32,426 nt of DNA from a virus (Duplodnaviria; Caudoviricetes). The stretch is taken from IMG/VR virus record IMGVR_UViG_3300034025_000048, positions 1 through 32,426 of that record, one strand, 5' to 3'. The notes under the pieces were generated by a model. It was not told the origin of the DNA, did not search any database, and saw only the letters and a list, made by a program, of their open reading frames with translations. Shown here in pieces: positions 1 through 8,184 of this stretch (position 1 is its first letter; every line of letters begins with the position of its first letter). The position numbers and the translations under genes were made by a program.

Positions 1-120
1 GCGCCGGCGGCGATCGCCGAGGCACGCCCAGTCGCGCCGGCGCCCGCCCCTGTTCCGCCGGCGCCGAAGCGTATGGCGACCGGCAAGATTTCGCTGCGCG
101 GGACGCGGAGGGGCGGATGA
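1..120 (+). CDS. 3' end of a gene entering the window, probably the Pro/Ala-rich tail of the terminase large subunit
   Basis: Frame 1 is open to TGA at 118-120 (APAAIAEARPVAPAPAPVPPAPKRMATGKISLRGTRRGG*) with an ATGA overlap to the next gene. Identity rests only on position upstream of the gpW-like gene and portal. Confidence 0.4.
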   Translation, partial: APAAIAEARPVAPAPAPVPPAPKRMATGKISLRGTRRGG

Positions 121-398
121 ACCTAGATCCAGATCCCGACATCGTTGAGGTCATTCTGCGCGCGTGCCTGGGCGAGGGCCTGACCCCGGCTGCAGCCCGG
201 GCGATCGAGGAAAAAATTCGCGCCGAGTACGGTGGATTGCGCGTTCGTATCCCGAAGCGCAAGAAGCACCCGACAAGCGAAGCGCGCGACCAGGTGTATT
301 CGGATGGGTTGTCCACGATGACCACAGGCGAGATCACACAGAAGCATGGAATTAGCCGCGCGACGCTTTATCGCGTGATGAAAAACCGCACGGGCTGA
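117..398 (+). CDS. Mor/C-like transcription activator with C-terminal HTH
   Basis: 93 aa with an 'IRAEYGGLRVRIPKR' Mor-family-like segment and the C-terminal HTH 'TTGEITQKHGISRATLYRVM'. Confidence 0.7.
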   Translation: MNLDPDPDIVEVILRACLGEGLTPAAARAIEEKIRAEYGGLRVRIPKRKKHPTSEARDQVYSDGLSTMTTGEITQKHGISRATLYRVMKNRTG

Positions 399-442
399 CG
401 TCTCAATTTGCCCTGTTTTGAGACGTCGCCTAGCAATAGACT
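397..442 (+). promoter_or_regulatory. Late promoter copy 1: dyad GACGTCTCAA-N11-TTGAGACGTC plus -10 TAGACT (437-442)
   Basis: Perfect 10-bp inverted repeat. The motif recurs at 2316 and 23433 with identical spacing to a TAnnnT hexamer. Confidence 0.8.
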
Positions 443-466
443 CGCAGCCAACATCGGAGGTATCAC

Positions 467-694
467 ATGGTCGGAATCACACTAGAGCAAGCCCAGGCGC
501 AGCTCGACAGCTACATGGCTGCGGAAATCGCAGTCCTGTCCAATCAATCGTACAAAATCGGCAACCGCGAGTTCAAGCGCGCGGACTTGGCAGTAATCCA
601 GACTGGCATCACCACCTGGAATGACCGAGTCAAGGGCCTGTTGCGCCAGCAGCTGGGCCGCAGCCGCAGCCGCACTATCGTCGCGCGAGGCTGA
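467..694 (+). CDS. Head-tail joining/adaptor protein (lambda gpW-like position)
   Basis: 75 aa, GGAGG RBS, 'QSYKIGNREFKRADL' motif, immediately before the portal. Confidence 0.75.
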   Translation: MVGITLEQAQAQLDSYMAAEIAVLSNQSYKIGNREFKRADLAVIQTGITTWNDRVKGLLRQQLGRSRSRTIVARG

Positions 695-695
695 C

Positions 696-2300
696 ATGAG
701 CGCCCCTATCCCAGCAAAGCAGACCCTGCTTGACAAGGCCATCGCCATGGTCGCGCCTAAGTACGCAAAGGAGCGCGCGACCGCTCGCCAGGACATGGCA
801 CTCGGCGGCGGCTATACCGGTGCGCGAATCGATCGCGCGGCCCTGAGCCGGTGGCGCGTTGCCGGCGGCTCGGCCAACGCCGATACTATCCGCGACTTGC
901 CCACGTTGAGGGCGCGCAGCCGCGACCAGATGCGCAATGCGCCGCTGGCCCTCGGGGCGTTGAACACTACAGTCAGCCACGTGGTCGGCACTGGCTTGTC
1001 CTATACGCCGGCGATATCGGCCGCCTTCTTGGGACTGACCCAGGAGGCGGCCGACGCCTGGTCGACGGATACAAAATTCCGGTTCGAAGCCTGGGCGAAG
1101 TCGCTCGATTGCGAACTGGGCCGCAGGCTGAACTTCTACGGCGTCCAGGACCTGGTATTCCGGTCGATGCTTGAGAGCGGCGACAACTTCGTGATCACAC
1201 CTCGCGTGGCCCGCGCCGGCCGGCCCGCTCGCCTGGCGCTTCAAATCGTGGAGGCCGACCGCGTGTGCAACCCGAACGGCGCGGCGGACACGGAGACGAT
1301 GGTGGATGGCATCGAGCTGGACGCGGCCACGGGCGAGGCGGTGGCTTGCCACGTCGCCCGCCAGCACCCCGGCGACCCTCGTACCAAGGCCAACGAATGG
1401 GACCGCGTTGCAATGCGCGGCGACAGTACCGGCCGGCGCAACGTCCTCCACGTTTTCAAGCCGCTCCGGCCTGGCCAGGTGCGCGGGGTGCCGATGATCG
1501 CGCCCATCCTGGAGCCGCTGCGTCAGCTGGCCCAGTGGACGGACAACGAGCTAAACGCCGCGGTGGTTAGCAGCCTGTTCAGCGTGTTTATCAAGATGGA
1601 CCCGGACGCGTTCGATGATCTTTTCGAGCAGGATGCAAAAGAGGACATCATAGCCAACGCGAGCAAGTGGAGCGGCTCCATGGAATCGGGGCAGGCCATC
1701 AATCTGCTACCTGGCGAAAGCATCGAGACCAGCAGCCCGGGGCGCCCTAATCCCGCGTTCGACCCGTTCTGGTGCGCGATCGTGCGCCAGATCGGCATGG
1801 CCCTCGACCTCCCGTTCGAAGTTCTCACCATGCATTTCCAGAGCAGCTACAGCGCCGCGCGAGCGGCCTTGTTGATGGCCTGGAAAGCGTTCCGGGCGCG
1901 CCGAGACATGCTCTCCACCTACCTGTGCCAGCCCACGTTCGAACTGTGGCTCGCTGACGAGATCGCCGAAGGGCGGATCTCCGCCCCTGGCTTCTTTTCG
2001 AACGACCTGGTGCGCGCCGCGTGGTGCGCCGCGATCTGGACGGGCGACGGACCTGGAAGCATCGACCCGGCCAAGGAAGTGACGGCCGCGCGCGATCGCA
2101 TCGACCTCGGGATCAGCACGAAGGACGCGGAAAGCATCCTGCACGATGGCGTGGGCTGGCAGGACAAGCACACCCAGCGGGTAAAGGAAATCAACGCCGA
2201 GAAGCGCGACGACATCTACCTGGCGCCGATGGGGCGGGTGCCCGGCGCGGCAGCGCCGGCCAAGCCGGCAGTGCCCGAGCCGGCCGAAGAGGCCGAGTAG
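696..2300 (+). CDS. Portal protein, lambda family
   Basis: Motifs 'LPTLRARSRDQMRN', 'RPGQVRGVP', 'SSYSAARAAL' and 'IDPAKE'. ATG at 696 lies just after the upstream stop. Confidence 0.95.
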   Translation: MSAPIPAKQTLLDKAIAMVAPKYAKERATARQDMALGGGYTGARIDRAALSRWRVAGGSANADTIRDLPTLRARSRDQMRNAPLALGALNTTVSHVVGTGLSYTPAISAAFLGLTQEAADAWSTDTKFRFEAWAKSLDCELGRRLNFYGVQDLVFRSMLESGDNFVITPRVARAGRPARLALQIVEADRVCNPNGAADTETMVDGIELDAATGEAVACHVARQHPGDPRTKANEWDRVAMRGDSTGRRNVLHVFKPLRPGQVRGVPMIAPILEPLRQLAQWTDNELNAAVVSSLFSVFIKMDPDAFDDLFEQDAKEDIIANASKWSGSMESGQAINLLPGESIETSSPGRPNPAFDPFWCAIVRQIGMALDLPFEVLTMHFQSSYSAARAALLMAWKAFRARRDMLSTYLCQPTFELWLADEIAEGRISAPGFFSNDLVRAAWCAAIWTGDGPGSIDPAKEVTAARDRIDLGISTKDAESILHDGVGWQDKHTQRVKEINAEKRDDIYLAPMGRVPGAAAPAKPAVPEPAEEAE

Positions 2301-2315
2301 GAGGAATCCTAAGTC

Positions 2316-2358
2316 GTCTCAAATTGCCCTGTTTTTGAGACATTGCCCTTAGTAAAGT
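2316..2358 (+). promoter_or_regulatory. Late promoter copy 2: GTCTCAAA-N10-TTTGAGAC plus -10 TAAAGT (2353-2358)
   Basis: Same dyad and TTGCCCT spacer as copy 1, intergenic upstream of the protease/capsid genes. Confidence 0.8.
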
Positions 2359-2440
2359 CGAGCCCTCAAATCGGCGAACTAAATACCCGTGGTATCCGAA
2401 GCGCCCCCGGCAATTGGGGCGCACCAAACAAAGTCTGCCA

Positions 2441-3766
2441 ATGAAAATCCTTGATGTCTTATCCGGCCCGTGGGCCATAGAACCTGGCAAGCTGCTCGAG
2501 CTGCAGGCCATCTATGCAACGCACCTGCGCGGCGAGCAGATCGACATTGCCGCCGTGGAGGCTCGCCTCGGCCGTCCGCTTGCGAACGAGCAGAAGGCGT
2601 ATGAAATCGTTGATGGCGTGGCAATCATCTCCATCGAGGGTGTCGTCGCGAAAAAGATGAACATGTTCAGCGCGATCTCGGGCGGCGCGAGCAGCCAGAT
2701 GGCACGCCAAAGCGTCATGGACGCGCGCAGCGACCCCGCCGTCCACAGCATTATTCAGTTCGTGGACAGCCCTGGCGGCACGGTCGACGGCACGCAAACC
2801 TACTCCGAGACGGTGTTCGAATCGCGCGGCCAAAAGCCGATCGTGACCCTCGGCAGCGGCACCATCGCCAGCGCTGCCTACTGGTTCGGATCGGCCGCGA
2901 GCGCCGTGTATATCGCTGACGGGACCACGTCGGTCGGTTCGATCGGCGTCGTCGTGTCGCACAAGGACATCAGCGGCGCCGAGGCCGCGCGCGGCATCAA
3001 GACGACGGAACTGAGCGCCGGAAAATACAAGCGCGTTGCCAGTGAATACGCGCCGCTGTCGGAGGACGGCCGCCAGTCCATCCAGGACCGTCTGGACTAC
3101 ATGTATTCGCTGTTTGTCGGTGACGTCGCAAGGTATCGCGGCGTGAGCACCGAGAAGGTTCTCGCCGACATGGCCGAGGGCCGCGTCTTCACCGGCCAGC
3201 AGGCGGTCGACGCCGGCCTGGTCGACGGGATCATGTCCCTCGACGCCCTGATCGTGAAATTGAACCAAGAACGCGGCATGTCTAGCCGCTCCACCACATC
3301 GCCACGCGCCACCCCGGCTCGTGCTTTGAATTCGCCAACCACCCCAAAAGGAACAGCCGTGACCAAAGACGAAATTATTGCCCAACACCCCGGCCTGGCC
3401 GCCGAACTGCGCGCTGACGGCGCCGCTGCCGAGCGCGAGCGCATCCAGGCAATCGAAGGCCAGTCGATCGCCGGCCACGAAGCCCTGATCGCATCGCTCA
3501 AGTTCGACGGCAAGTCGACCGCCGGCGACGCGGCGATGGCTGTGCTGGCGGCGGAAAAGACCGCCCGCGCCGCGCACGCTGCAGCTACCGCGAGCGAAGC
3601 TCCGAAGCCGCTGTTGCAGAACGCCACGCCTTCGGTCACTCCATCGGCGACGAGCAAAAAGGACCTGACCAAGGCAGAGGTAGATGCCAAAGCGAAGGAA
3701 TACATGGCTGCAAACAAGGGCGTCGACTACCTCGCCGCTGTAAAAATCATTCAAGAAGGAGCTTAA
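2441..3766 (+). CDS. S49 (SppA-like) capsid maturation protease with C-terminal scaffold region
   Basis: Motifs 'VDSPGGTVDG', 'ASAAYW', 'VGSIGV', 'AGKYK' and 'GLVDGI'. Lambda gpC-like position. Confidence 0.95.
   Translation: MKILDVLSGPWAIEPGKLLELQAIYATHLRGEQIDIAAVEARLGRPLANEQKAYEIVDGVAIISIEGVVAKKMNMFSAISGGASSQMARQSVMDARSDPAVHSIIQFVDSPGGTVDGTQTYSETVFESRGQKPIVTLGSGTIASAAYWFGSAASAVYIADGTTSVGSIGVVVSHKDISGAEAARGIKTTELSAGKYKRVASEYAPLSEDGRQSIQDRLDYMYSLFVGDVARYRGVSTEKVLADMAEGRVFTGQQAVDAGLVDGIMSLDALIVKLNQERGMSSRSTTSPRATPARALNSPTTPKGTAVTKDEIIAQHPGLAAELRADGAAAERERIQAIEGQSIAGHEALIASLKFDGKSTAGDAAMAVLAAEKTARAAHAAATASEAPKPLLQNATPSVTPSATSKKDLTKAEVDAKAKEYMAANKGVDYLAAVKIIQEGA
3359..3766 (+). CDS. Putative nested in-frame scaffolding protein (lambda Nu3-like)
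   Basis: AAAGGAA RBS followed by an in-frame GTG at 3359, after a low-complexity linker. The product is helical (TKDEIIAQHP...AERERIQAIE). Confidence 0.6.
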   Translation: MTKDEIIAQHPGLAAELRADGAAAERERIQAIEGQSIAGHEALIASLKFDGKSTAGDAAMAVLAAEKTARAAHAAATASEAPKPLLQNATPSVTPSATSKKDLTKAEVDAKAKEYMAANKGVDYLAAVKIIQEGA

Positions 3767-3769
3767 ATC

Positions 3770-4108
3770 ATGGCCGCATCAAAAATTTCGATCCTCACGA
3801 TCGGCGTGATGGCGACTGTCGCCATCGCTGACAAGCAAGCCGTTACCGCAGCCGGCGCTGTTGCAGCTGCAGGCGCCAATGCCGTCGGCTTCGCAGAATC
3901 GAAGGGCGCCATCGGCGAACGCGTCCCTGTCGCGGTGGTCGGTTCCGCCATCGCGATCGCTGGCGCCGCGATCGCAAACGGCGCGGCCGTCGAAGTCGGC
4001 GCTGCCGGCAAGGTGGTCACGAAAGCTGCCGGTGTGGCCATCGGCCGCGCGCTCACGGCCGCTTCGGCGGACGGCCAACAGATCGAAGTACTGATCATCC
4101 CTAACTAA
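3770..4108 (+). CDS. Capsid decoration/cement protein (DUF2190-like)
   Basis: 112 aa, Ala/Gly/Val-rich, ends 'IGRALTAASADGQQIEVLI', located between protease and capsid. Confidence 0.75.
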   Translation: MAASKISILTIGVMATVAIADKQAVTAAGAVAAAGANAVGFAESKGAIGERVPVAVVGSAIAIAGAAIANGAAVEVGAAGKVVTKAAGVAIGRALTAASADGQQIEVLIIPN

Positions 4109-4124
4109 ATCCAGGAGAATCACC

Positions 4125-5063
4125 ATGGGAATGACCCCAACTGAAGCACGTATCGTCGATCCAATCCTCAGCACTGTCGCCAAGGGCTACCAGAACAATG
4201 AAATGGTCGCTTCCGCGCTGTTTCCAACCGTCCAGGTCCCCTCGCGCGGCGGCAAGATCATCTCGTTCGGCAAGGAAGCATTCATGCTGTACGGCTCGCA
4301 GCGCGCGCCAGGCGAGAACACCAAGCGCATCCGCTTCGGCTACGCCGGCGATCCGTATGCCCTGATCGACTACTCGCTGGAAGGCGTGGTGCCGATCGAG
4401 GTCGACCAGGAGGCCGCAAACGGTCCTGGCATCGATCTCGGCGCCGGCGCCGTGGGCGACGTCAGCGCGATCATGGTTCTGCGCCTGGAAAAGCAGTCCG
4501 CCGATATCGCACGCAACGCAGGCAGCTACGGCGTCAACAACAAGATCACCCTCTCGGGCACTGACCAGTGGTCCGACCCGGCCAGCGATCCGATCGATGA
4601 CGTCGAAGCAGCCAAGGAAGCAGTACGTGCCTCCACCGGCAAGCGCCCGAACACGATGGTCCTCGGCGCGCTGGTATTTGCCAAGCTCAAGAACCACCCG
4701 AAAATCATCGAGCGGATCAAGTACACCGGCCGCGATGTTGCAACGGTGGAACTGCTCGCTTCGCTGTTCGGCCTGCAGCGCGTCGTTGTCGGCGACGCCA
4801 TCTTTTCGAACGACGACGGAACCGCGTTCACCGATGTATGGGGCCGCGATGTCGTGATCGCGTACACCAACCTGGCGCCAGTCCAGTCCGGTGGCCTGCC
4901 GAGCTACGGCTACACCTACCAGCTCAACGGCTACCCGCTGGTGGAAGAGTCGTATTACGACCGCAGCGCGAAGTCGTGGATCTACCCGGTAACGCGTGCC
5001 GAGGCGCCGGTCATGGCTTCGTCGTCGGCCGGCTTCCTGATCCAGAACGCGGTATCTCTGTAA
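4125..5063 (+). CDS. Major capsid protein
   Basis: 312 aa, AGGAG RBS, motifs 'VDPILSTVAKGY', 'WSDPASDPIDD', 'RPNTMVLG' and 'AGFLIQNAV'. Confidence 0.9.
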   Translation: MGMTPTEARIVDPILSTVAKGYQNNEMVASALFPTVQVPSRGGKIISFGKEAFMLYGSQRAPGENTKRIRFGYAGDPYALIDYSLEGVVPIEVDQEAANGPGIDLGAGAVGDVSAIMVLRLEKQSADIARNAGSYGVNNKITLSGTDQWSDPASDPIDDVEAAKEAVRASTGKRPNTMVLGALVFAKLKNHPKIIERIKYTGRDVATVELLASLFGLQRVVVGDAIFSNDDGTAFTDVWGRDVVIAYTNLAPVQSGGLPSYGYTYQLNGYPLVEESYYDRSAKSWIYPVTRAEAPVMASSSAGFLIQNAVSL

Positions 5064-5530
5064 TGGAGATCAAGCTCACCCAGCCAACGCGGCATAACGG
5101 CAAGCGTTACCAGGTAGGCGAAACGCTGACGGTTTCCAGCCGTGCGGCGGCCGGCCTGGTCGCCGCCGGTGCCGGCGTGCCGTTCGTTGATGAACGGGAC
5201 CTCGATGCCGAGGCTGCAGCGGCCGCCCAGGCGCAAGCCGAAGCGGAAGCAGCAGCCCAGGCCCAGGCCGAAGCGGAAGCAGCTGCAGCAGCCCAGGCCG
5301 AGGCCGAAGCGGAAGCAGCTGCAGCAGCCCAGGCCGAGGCCGAAGCGGAAGCAGCTGCAGCAGCCCAGGCCCAGGCCGAAGCGGAAGCAGCTGCAGCAGC
5401 CCAGGCGCAAGCCGAAGCGGAAGCAGCCGCAGCAGCCCAGGCGCAAGCCGAAGCGGAAGCAGCCGCAGCAGCCCAGGCGCAAGCCGACGCCGACGCAGCA
5501 GCTGCTGCGAAGTCGAAAAAGAAATCCTAA
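5063..5530 (+). CDS. Small post-capsid protein with a long Ala/Glu/Gln tandem-repeat tail
   Basis: TAATG coupling to the capsid stop. N-terminal 'HNGKRYQVGETL' domain followed by 12-aa repeats. Confidence 0.75.
   Translation: MEIKLTQPTRHNGKRYQVGETLTVSSRAAAGLVAAGAGVPFVDERDLDAEAAAAAQAQAEAEAAAQAQAEAEAAAAAQAEAEAEAAAAAQAEAEAEAAAAAQAQAEAEAAAAAQAQAEAEAAAAAQAQAEAEAAAAAQAQADADAAAAAKSKKKS
5207..5509 (+). repeat. Coding tandem repeat, 36-nt unit, about 8 copies (one shortened to 30 nt)
   Basis: Unit GCCGAAGCGGAAGCAGCTGCAGCAGCCCAGGC(C/G)(C/G)A(G/A), encoding AEAEAAAAAQA(Q/E). Confidence 0.95.
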
Positions 5531-5542
5531 ACCGGGCCGCCC

Positions 5543-5833
5543 ATGTTTGTCGAAGACCTCACAGCATTTTTTAACACCGCCGAGTTCGCTGATCTGGCGG
5601 TGCTCGCCGGCGTTGAAGTGCCCGGGATCTTCGACAAGCAGTACCTGGTCGAAGGCGCCGGCATGGGCTTTGCAGCAACCAGGCCCGCGCTCACCCTGCC
5701 AACGGCCAGCGTGCCACCAAACCCGGCCGGTCTGCCCCTGGTTGTGAACGAGACGAGCTATACCGTCGTCGGAATCGATCCTGACGGCTCAGATCGGGCC
5801 GTCACGGTCCTTTTGCTGGAATTGGCGTCATGA
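5543..5833 (+). CDS. Head-tail joining protein (lambda FII-like)
   Basis: 96 aa, 'FVEDLTAFFNTAEFA...GIFD...YTVVGIDPDG', neck position. Confidence 0.7.
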   Translation: MFVEDLTAFFNTAEFADLAVLAGVEVPGIFDKQYLVEGAGMGFAATRPALTLPTASVPPNPAGLPLVVNETSYTVVGIDPDGSDRAVTVLLLELAS

Positions 5834-6270
5834 GTCTGTCTTCCTTCGCAAACATCACCACGGCCCTCATAGGGCTGCTGTCAATGGACCCGCCCGTATC
5901 GGCGCAGATTTTCCGTGCGCGCGATCGCCAACTGGCCGAGCAGTTCGAAACCGCCATCAATGTGCAATTTGACGGCGCGGTGCCGGTCAACAACGGCTTT
6001 AGCCAGGCGCCCGTCGACTGGGAGTCGCGCTACACGATCGAGTGCTACGCGCGCACAACAACAGGCAGCGCCGACCTGGCGGTTGACCCACTGCTCAGCG
6101 AAGTATTCAAGCGAATCGCCGCTGACGTCACCCTGGGCGACCTGGTGATGGATATCGGTTATCCACTCATCGAGGCCGAGTACACGTCCGAGCAAGTAAA
6201 AACCGGTTGGGTCCGGATGACCTACCCAGTGCGCCATCGCACATCAAACCTCACCTTGGAACCGCAATGA
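5830..6270 (+). CDS. Putative tail terminator/completion protein
   Basis: 146 aa, upstream of the tail tube gene, ATGA-coupled on both sides. Confidence 0.6.
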   Translation: MSLSSFANITTALIGLLSMDPPVSAQIFRARDRQLAEQFETAINVQFDGAVPVNNGFSQAPVDWESRYTIECYARTTTGSADLAVDPLLSEVFKRIAADVTLGDLVMDIGYPLIEAEYTSEQVKTGWVRMTYPVRHRTSNLTLEPQ

Positions 6271-6428
6271 CAAAAACCATCAAGGGTCCGGCTCCGGCCG
6301 AGCCAAAGCCAATCCCCAACCCTCCGGCCGGCGGCAGCTGGAAGTGGAGCGAAGAGGCCCAGGACTGGGTTGCCAACGACCCGCCAGCCGCCCCGGAAGT
6401 TAAACCAGAAGACAAACCGCAGGAGTAA
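6267..6428 (+). CDS. Small Pro-rich hypothetical protein
   Basis: 53 aa, ATGA overlap, 'PPAGGSW' motif, fills the gap before the tail tube gene. Confidence 0.6.
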   Translation: MTKTIKGPAPAEPKPIPNPPAGGSWKWSEEAQDWVANDPPAAPEVKPEDKPQE

Positions 6429-6431
6429 GAG

Positions 6432-7394
6432 ATGACCCGTAAAATCCGCAACTGTGTGATCCTCGCGAAGCGCGAGACCACCCCTGGCGTCGACGCCGCC
6501 CCAAGCGGCGCCGCCAACGCCATCCTGATCGCAGAGATGTCGATCGACCCGTTGGTGGCCGATAACATCGAACGCAAGAACATTCGCGGCTCGTTTGGCG
6601 CCAGCGCTGAGCTGGTCGGTACCGCCAACGTCAAGGTGAGCATTACCGTCGAGCTGGCCGGCTCGGGAAGCGCTGCGACCGCTCCGCAGTGGGGCCAGCT
6701 CCTGCTGGGTTGTGCGATGGCCGAAGGCTTGCTCACCACCCCGGACCGCGTCGAATACACCCCCGTATCCCTCGGCCTGCAGACGCTGACGATCTACTAC
6801 TACGACGACGGCGTGCTGCACAAGCTGCTCGGCGCGCAGGGTGACTGCACCCTCATGGCGAAAGTTGGCGAAATTCCGAAGCTTCAGTTCGACATTACCG
6901 GCGTCGACGGCACCGCGACAGCCACCCCGAACGTCACCGCGGACTACACCGCGTGGAAGCCGCCAGTGGCCATGACGAAGGCGAACGTAGTCGATATCGC
7001 TTTCGGCGCCACGTACGCAGCCGGCGCCTTCGCCGGTGGCGTTTCCTACCCAAGTAACGGCCTGGAAATCAAGTTCGGCAACGAAGTGAACTTCAATGCC
7101 AACTTGACGAACGAATCGATCGACGTTACGGACCGCTCGATGTCCGGCTCCGTCGAGCTGCAGCTGGACGCCGCGCAGGAAGTTGCGATGCTCAACAAGG
7201 TCAAGATCAACGAGCTGCAAAGCCTGGCGTTCCAGATCGGCCTGGCCAGCGGCAAGCGCATCCTGATCCATGCGCCATCGGTCCAGCTGAACAACCCGAA
7301 GAAAATCGACGTCAAGGGTGTCCGCTACTGCGGCTACGACGCGCGGTTCCTGCCCGTCAACGGCAACGACGAGCTGCGCCTGGCCTGCACCTAA
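6432..7394 (+). CDS. Tail tube (major tail) protein
   Basis: 320 aa, AGGAG RBS, motifs 'ILAKRETTPGVD' and 'VELAGSGSAATAPQWGQLL'. Precedes chaperone and tape measure genes. Confidence 0.85.
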   Translation: MTRKIRNCVILAKRETTPGVDAAPSGAANAILIAEMSIDPLVADNIERKNIRGSFGASAELVGTANVKVSITVELAGSGSAATAPQWGQLLLGCAMAEGLLTTPDRVEYTPVSLGLQTLTIYYYDDGVLHKLLGAQGDCTLMAKVGEIPKLQFDITGVDGTATATPNVTADYTAWKPPVAMTKANVVDIAFGATYAAGAFAGGVSYPSNGLEIKFGNEVNFNANLTNESIDVTDRSMSGSVELQLDAAQEVAMLNKVKINELQSLAFQIGLASGKRILIHAPSVQLNNPKKIDVKGVRYCGYDARFLPVNGNDELRLACT

Positions 7395-7412
7395 GCCGGT
7401 TCAGTGACGCAA

Positions 7413-7436
7413 AGCAGTGCAGACGTCTGCACTGCT
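7413..7436. promoter_or_regulatory. Perfect 24-bp palindrome AGCAGTGCAGACGTCTGCACTGCT; core TGCAGACGTCTGCA (copy 1 of 3)
   Basis: Intergenic. The same 14-bp core occurs at 23346 and 31582. Function as a protein-binding site is inferred. Confidence 0.65.
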
Positions 7437-7472
7437 CCCATTTCAACGCACCACCCCACTCTCAGGAAAATC

Positions 7473-7820
7473 ATGAAACTTGGCATCTCCAACAAAGTCC
7501 GCGTTCCCCTCAAATTCAAGATGCAAGACGGCGCCAACGTGCGCCAGTTCAATTTCACACTTGAATGCGACCGCCTGTCGACCGACGAGTTCCAGAAGCG
7601 CAACCAGGACGATAACGGCGTGGTCTCCAACGAGAAGATCAAAGAAAACATGCTGGGCATTACCACTGGTTGGTCCGGCCAGCAACTGGTGCTGGACGAC
7701 GATGGCCAGCCGGCAGCGTTCTCCCAGGAAGCGCTGGAATTCATGTTCGGTGTTGCCGGCGTGCTCGACGTGGCCGTGACCTCGTACATGAAAGAAAGCA
7801 CCGCCACCGTAAAAAACTGA
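7473..7820 (+). CDS. Tail assembly chaperone (gpG-like)
   Basis: AGGA RBS, ATG at 7473, 'ITTGWSG' motif, ends at the slippery site. Confidence 0.85.
   Translation: MKLGISNKVRVPLKFKMQDGANVRQFNFTLECDRLSTDEFQKRNQDDNGVVSNEKIKENMLGITTGWSGQQLVLDDDGQPAAFSQEALEFMFGVAGVLDVAVTSYMKESTATVKN
7811..7817 (+). other. -1 programmed ribosomal frameshift heptamer A AAA AAC
   Basis: X XXY YYZ pattern in the correct phase (GTA AAA AAC TGA). The -1 frame is open to 8176. Confidence 0.85.
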
Positions 7821-8176
7821 TCGACGCCGCGCGCCTTCGGGCGCGTGGCGACCTCCGGATACCTTCGGAGGAAGAGCAGGAGCCGGCAGACAGCGTTAGC
7901 GATTCGCTGTCCATGTTCGGTCTCCGGCTGGAGGGTAGCTTGCCGGTCGAAGAGGAATTCTTCCTCTGGCCGGAAAACGAGCCGGTATGGGATTTGTGGC
8001 TGTGGGTGCAGACCCAGTGGCGCTCCGATGGTGGCACCCGGACGGGTTTGGATTACCAGGGCGTCCAGATTGCCATCAACAATCGCCCCATCCCCAAGAA
8101 GGACAAGCCAGGATATTTTCGCGCGCTGCAGGCAATGGAATGTGCGGCGCTCGATGAGTGGTTCAATCAACGATAG
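7811..8176 (+). CDS. Frameshift extension of the tail chaperone (gpGT-like, DUF1799-like)
   Basis: The -1 frame reads KKLIDAAR...LWPEN...TQWR...TGLDY...MECAAL. Confidence 0.8.
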   Translation, partial: KKLIDAARLRARGDLRIPSEEEQEPADSVSDSLSMFGLRLEGSLPVEEEFFLWPENEPVWDLWLWVQTQWRSDGGTRTGLDYQGVQIAINNRPIPKKDKPGYFRALQAMECAALDEWFNQR

Positions 8177-8184
8177 GCGGAAAC

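Noticed and set aside
5207-5509. 36-nt repeats resembling a CRISPR array by unit length
   Set aside because: The repeats are contiguous with no unique spacers, are in frame within a CDS, and no cas genes are present.
7413-7436. Palindrome as an intrinsic terminator after the tail tube gene
   Set aside because: There is no U-tract directly after the stem, it lies mid-operon, and the same core recurs inside two coding regions, which favours a DNA-binding site. A secondary RNA role is not excluded.
7670-7810. Listed start of the 168-aa ORF 7670-8176
   Set aside because: It overlaps the chaperone gene out of frame. The meaningful part begins at the slippery site.
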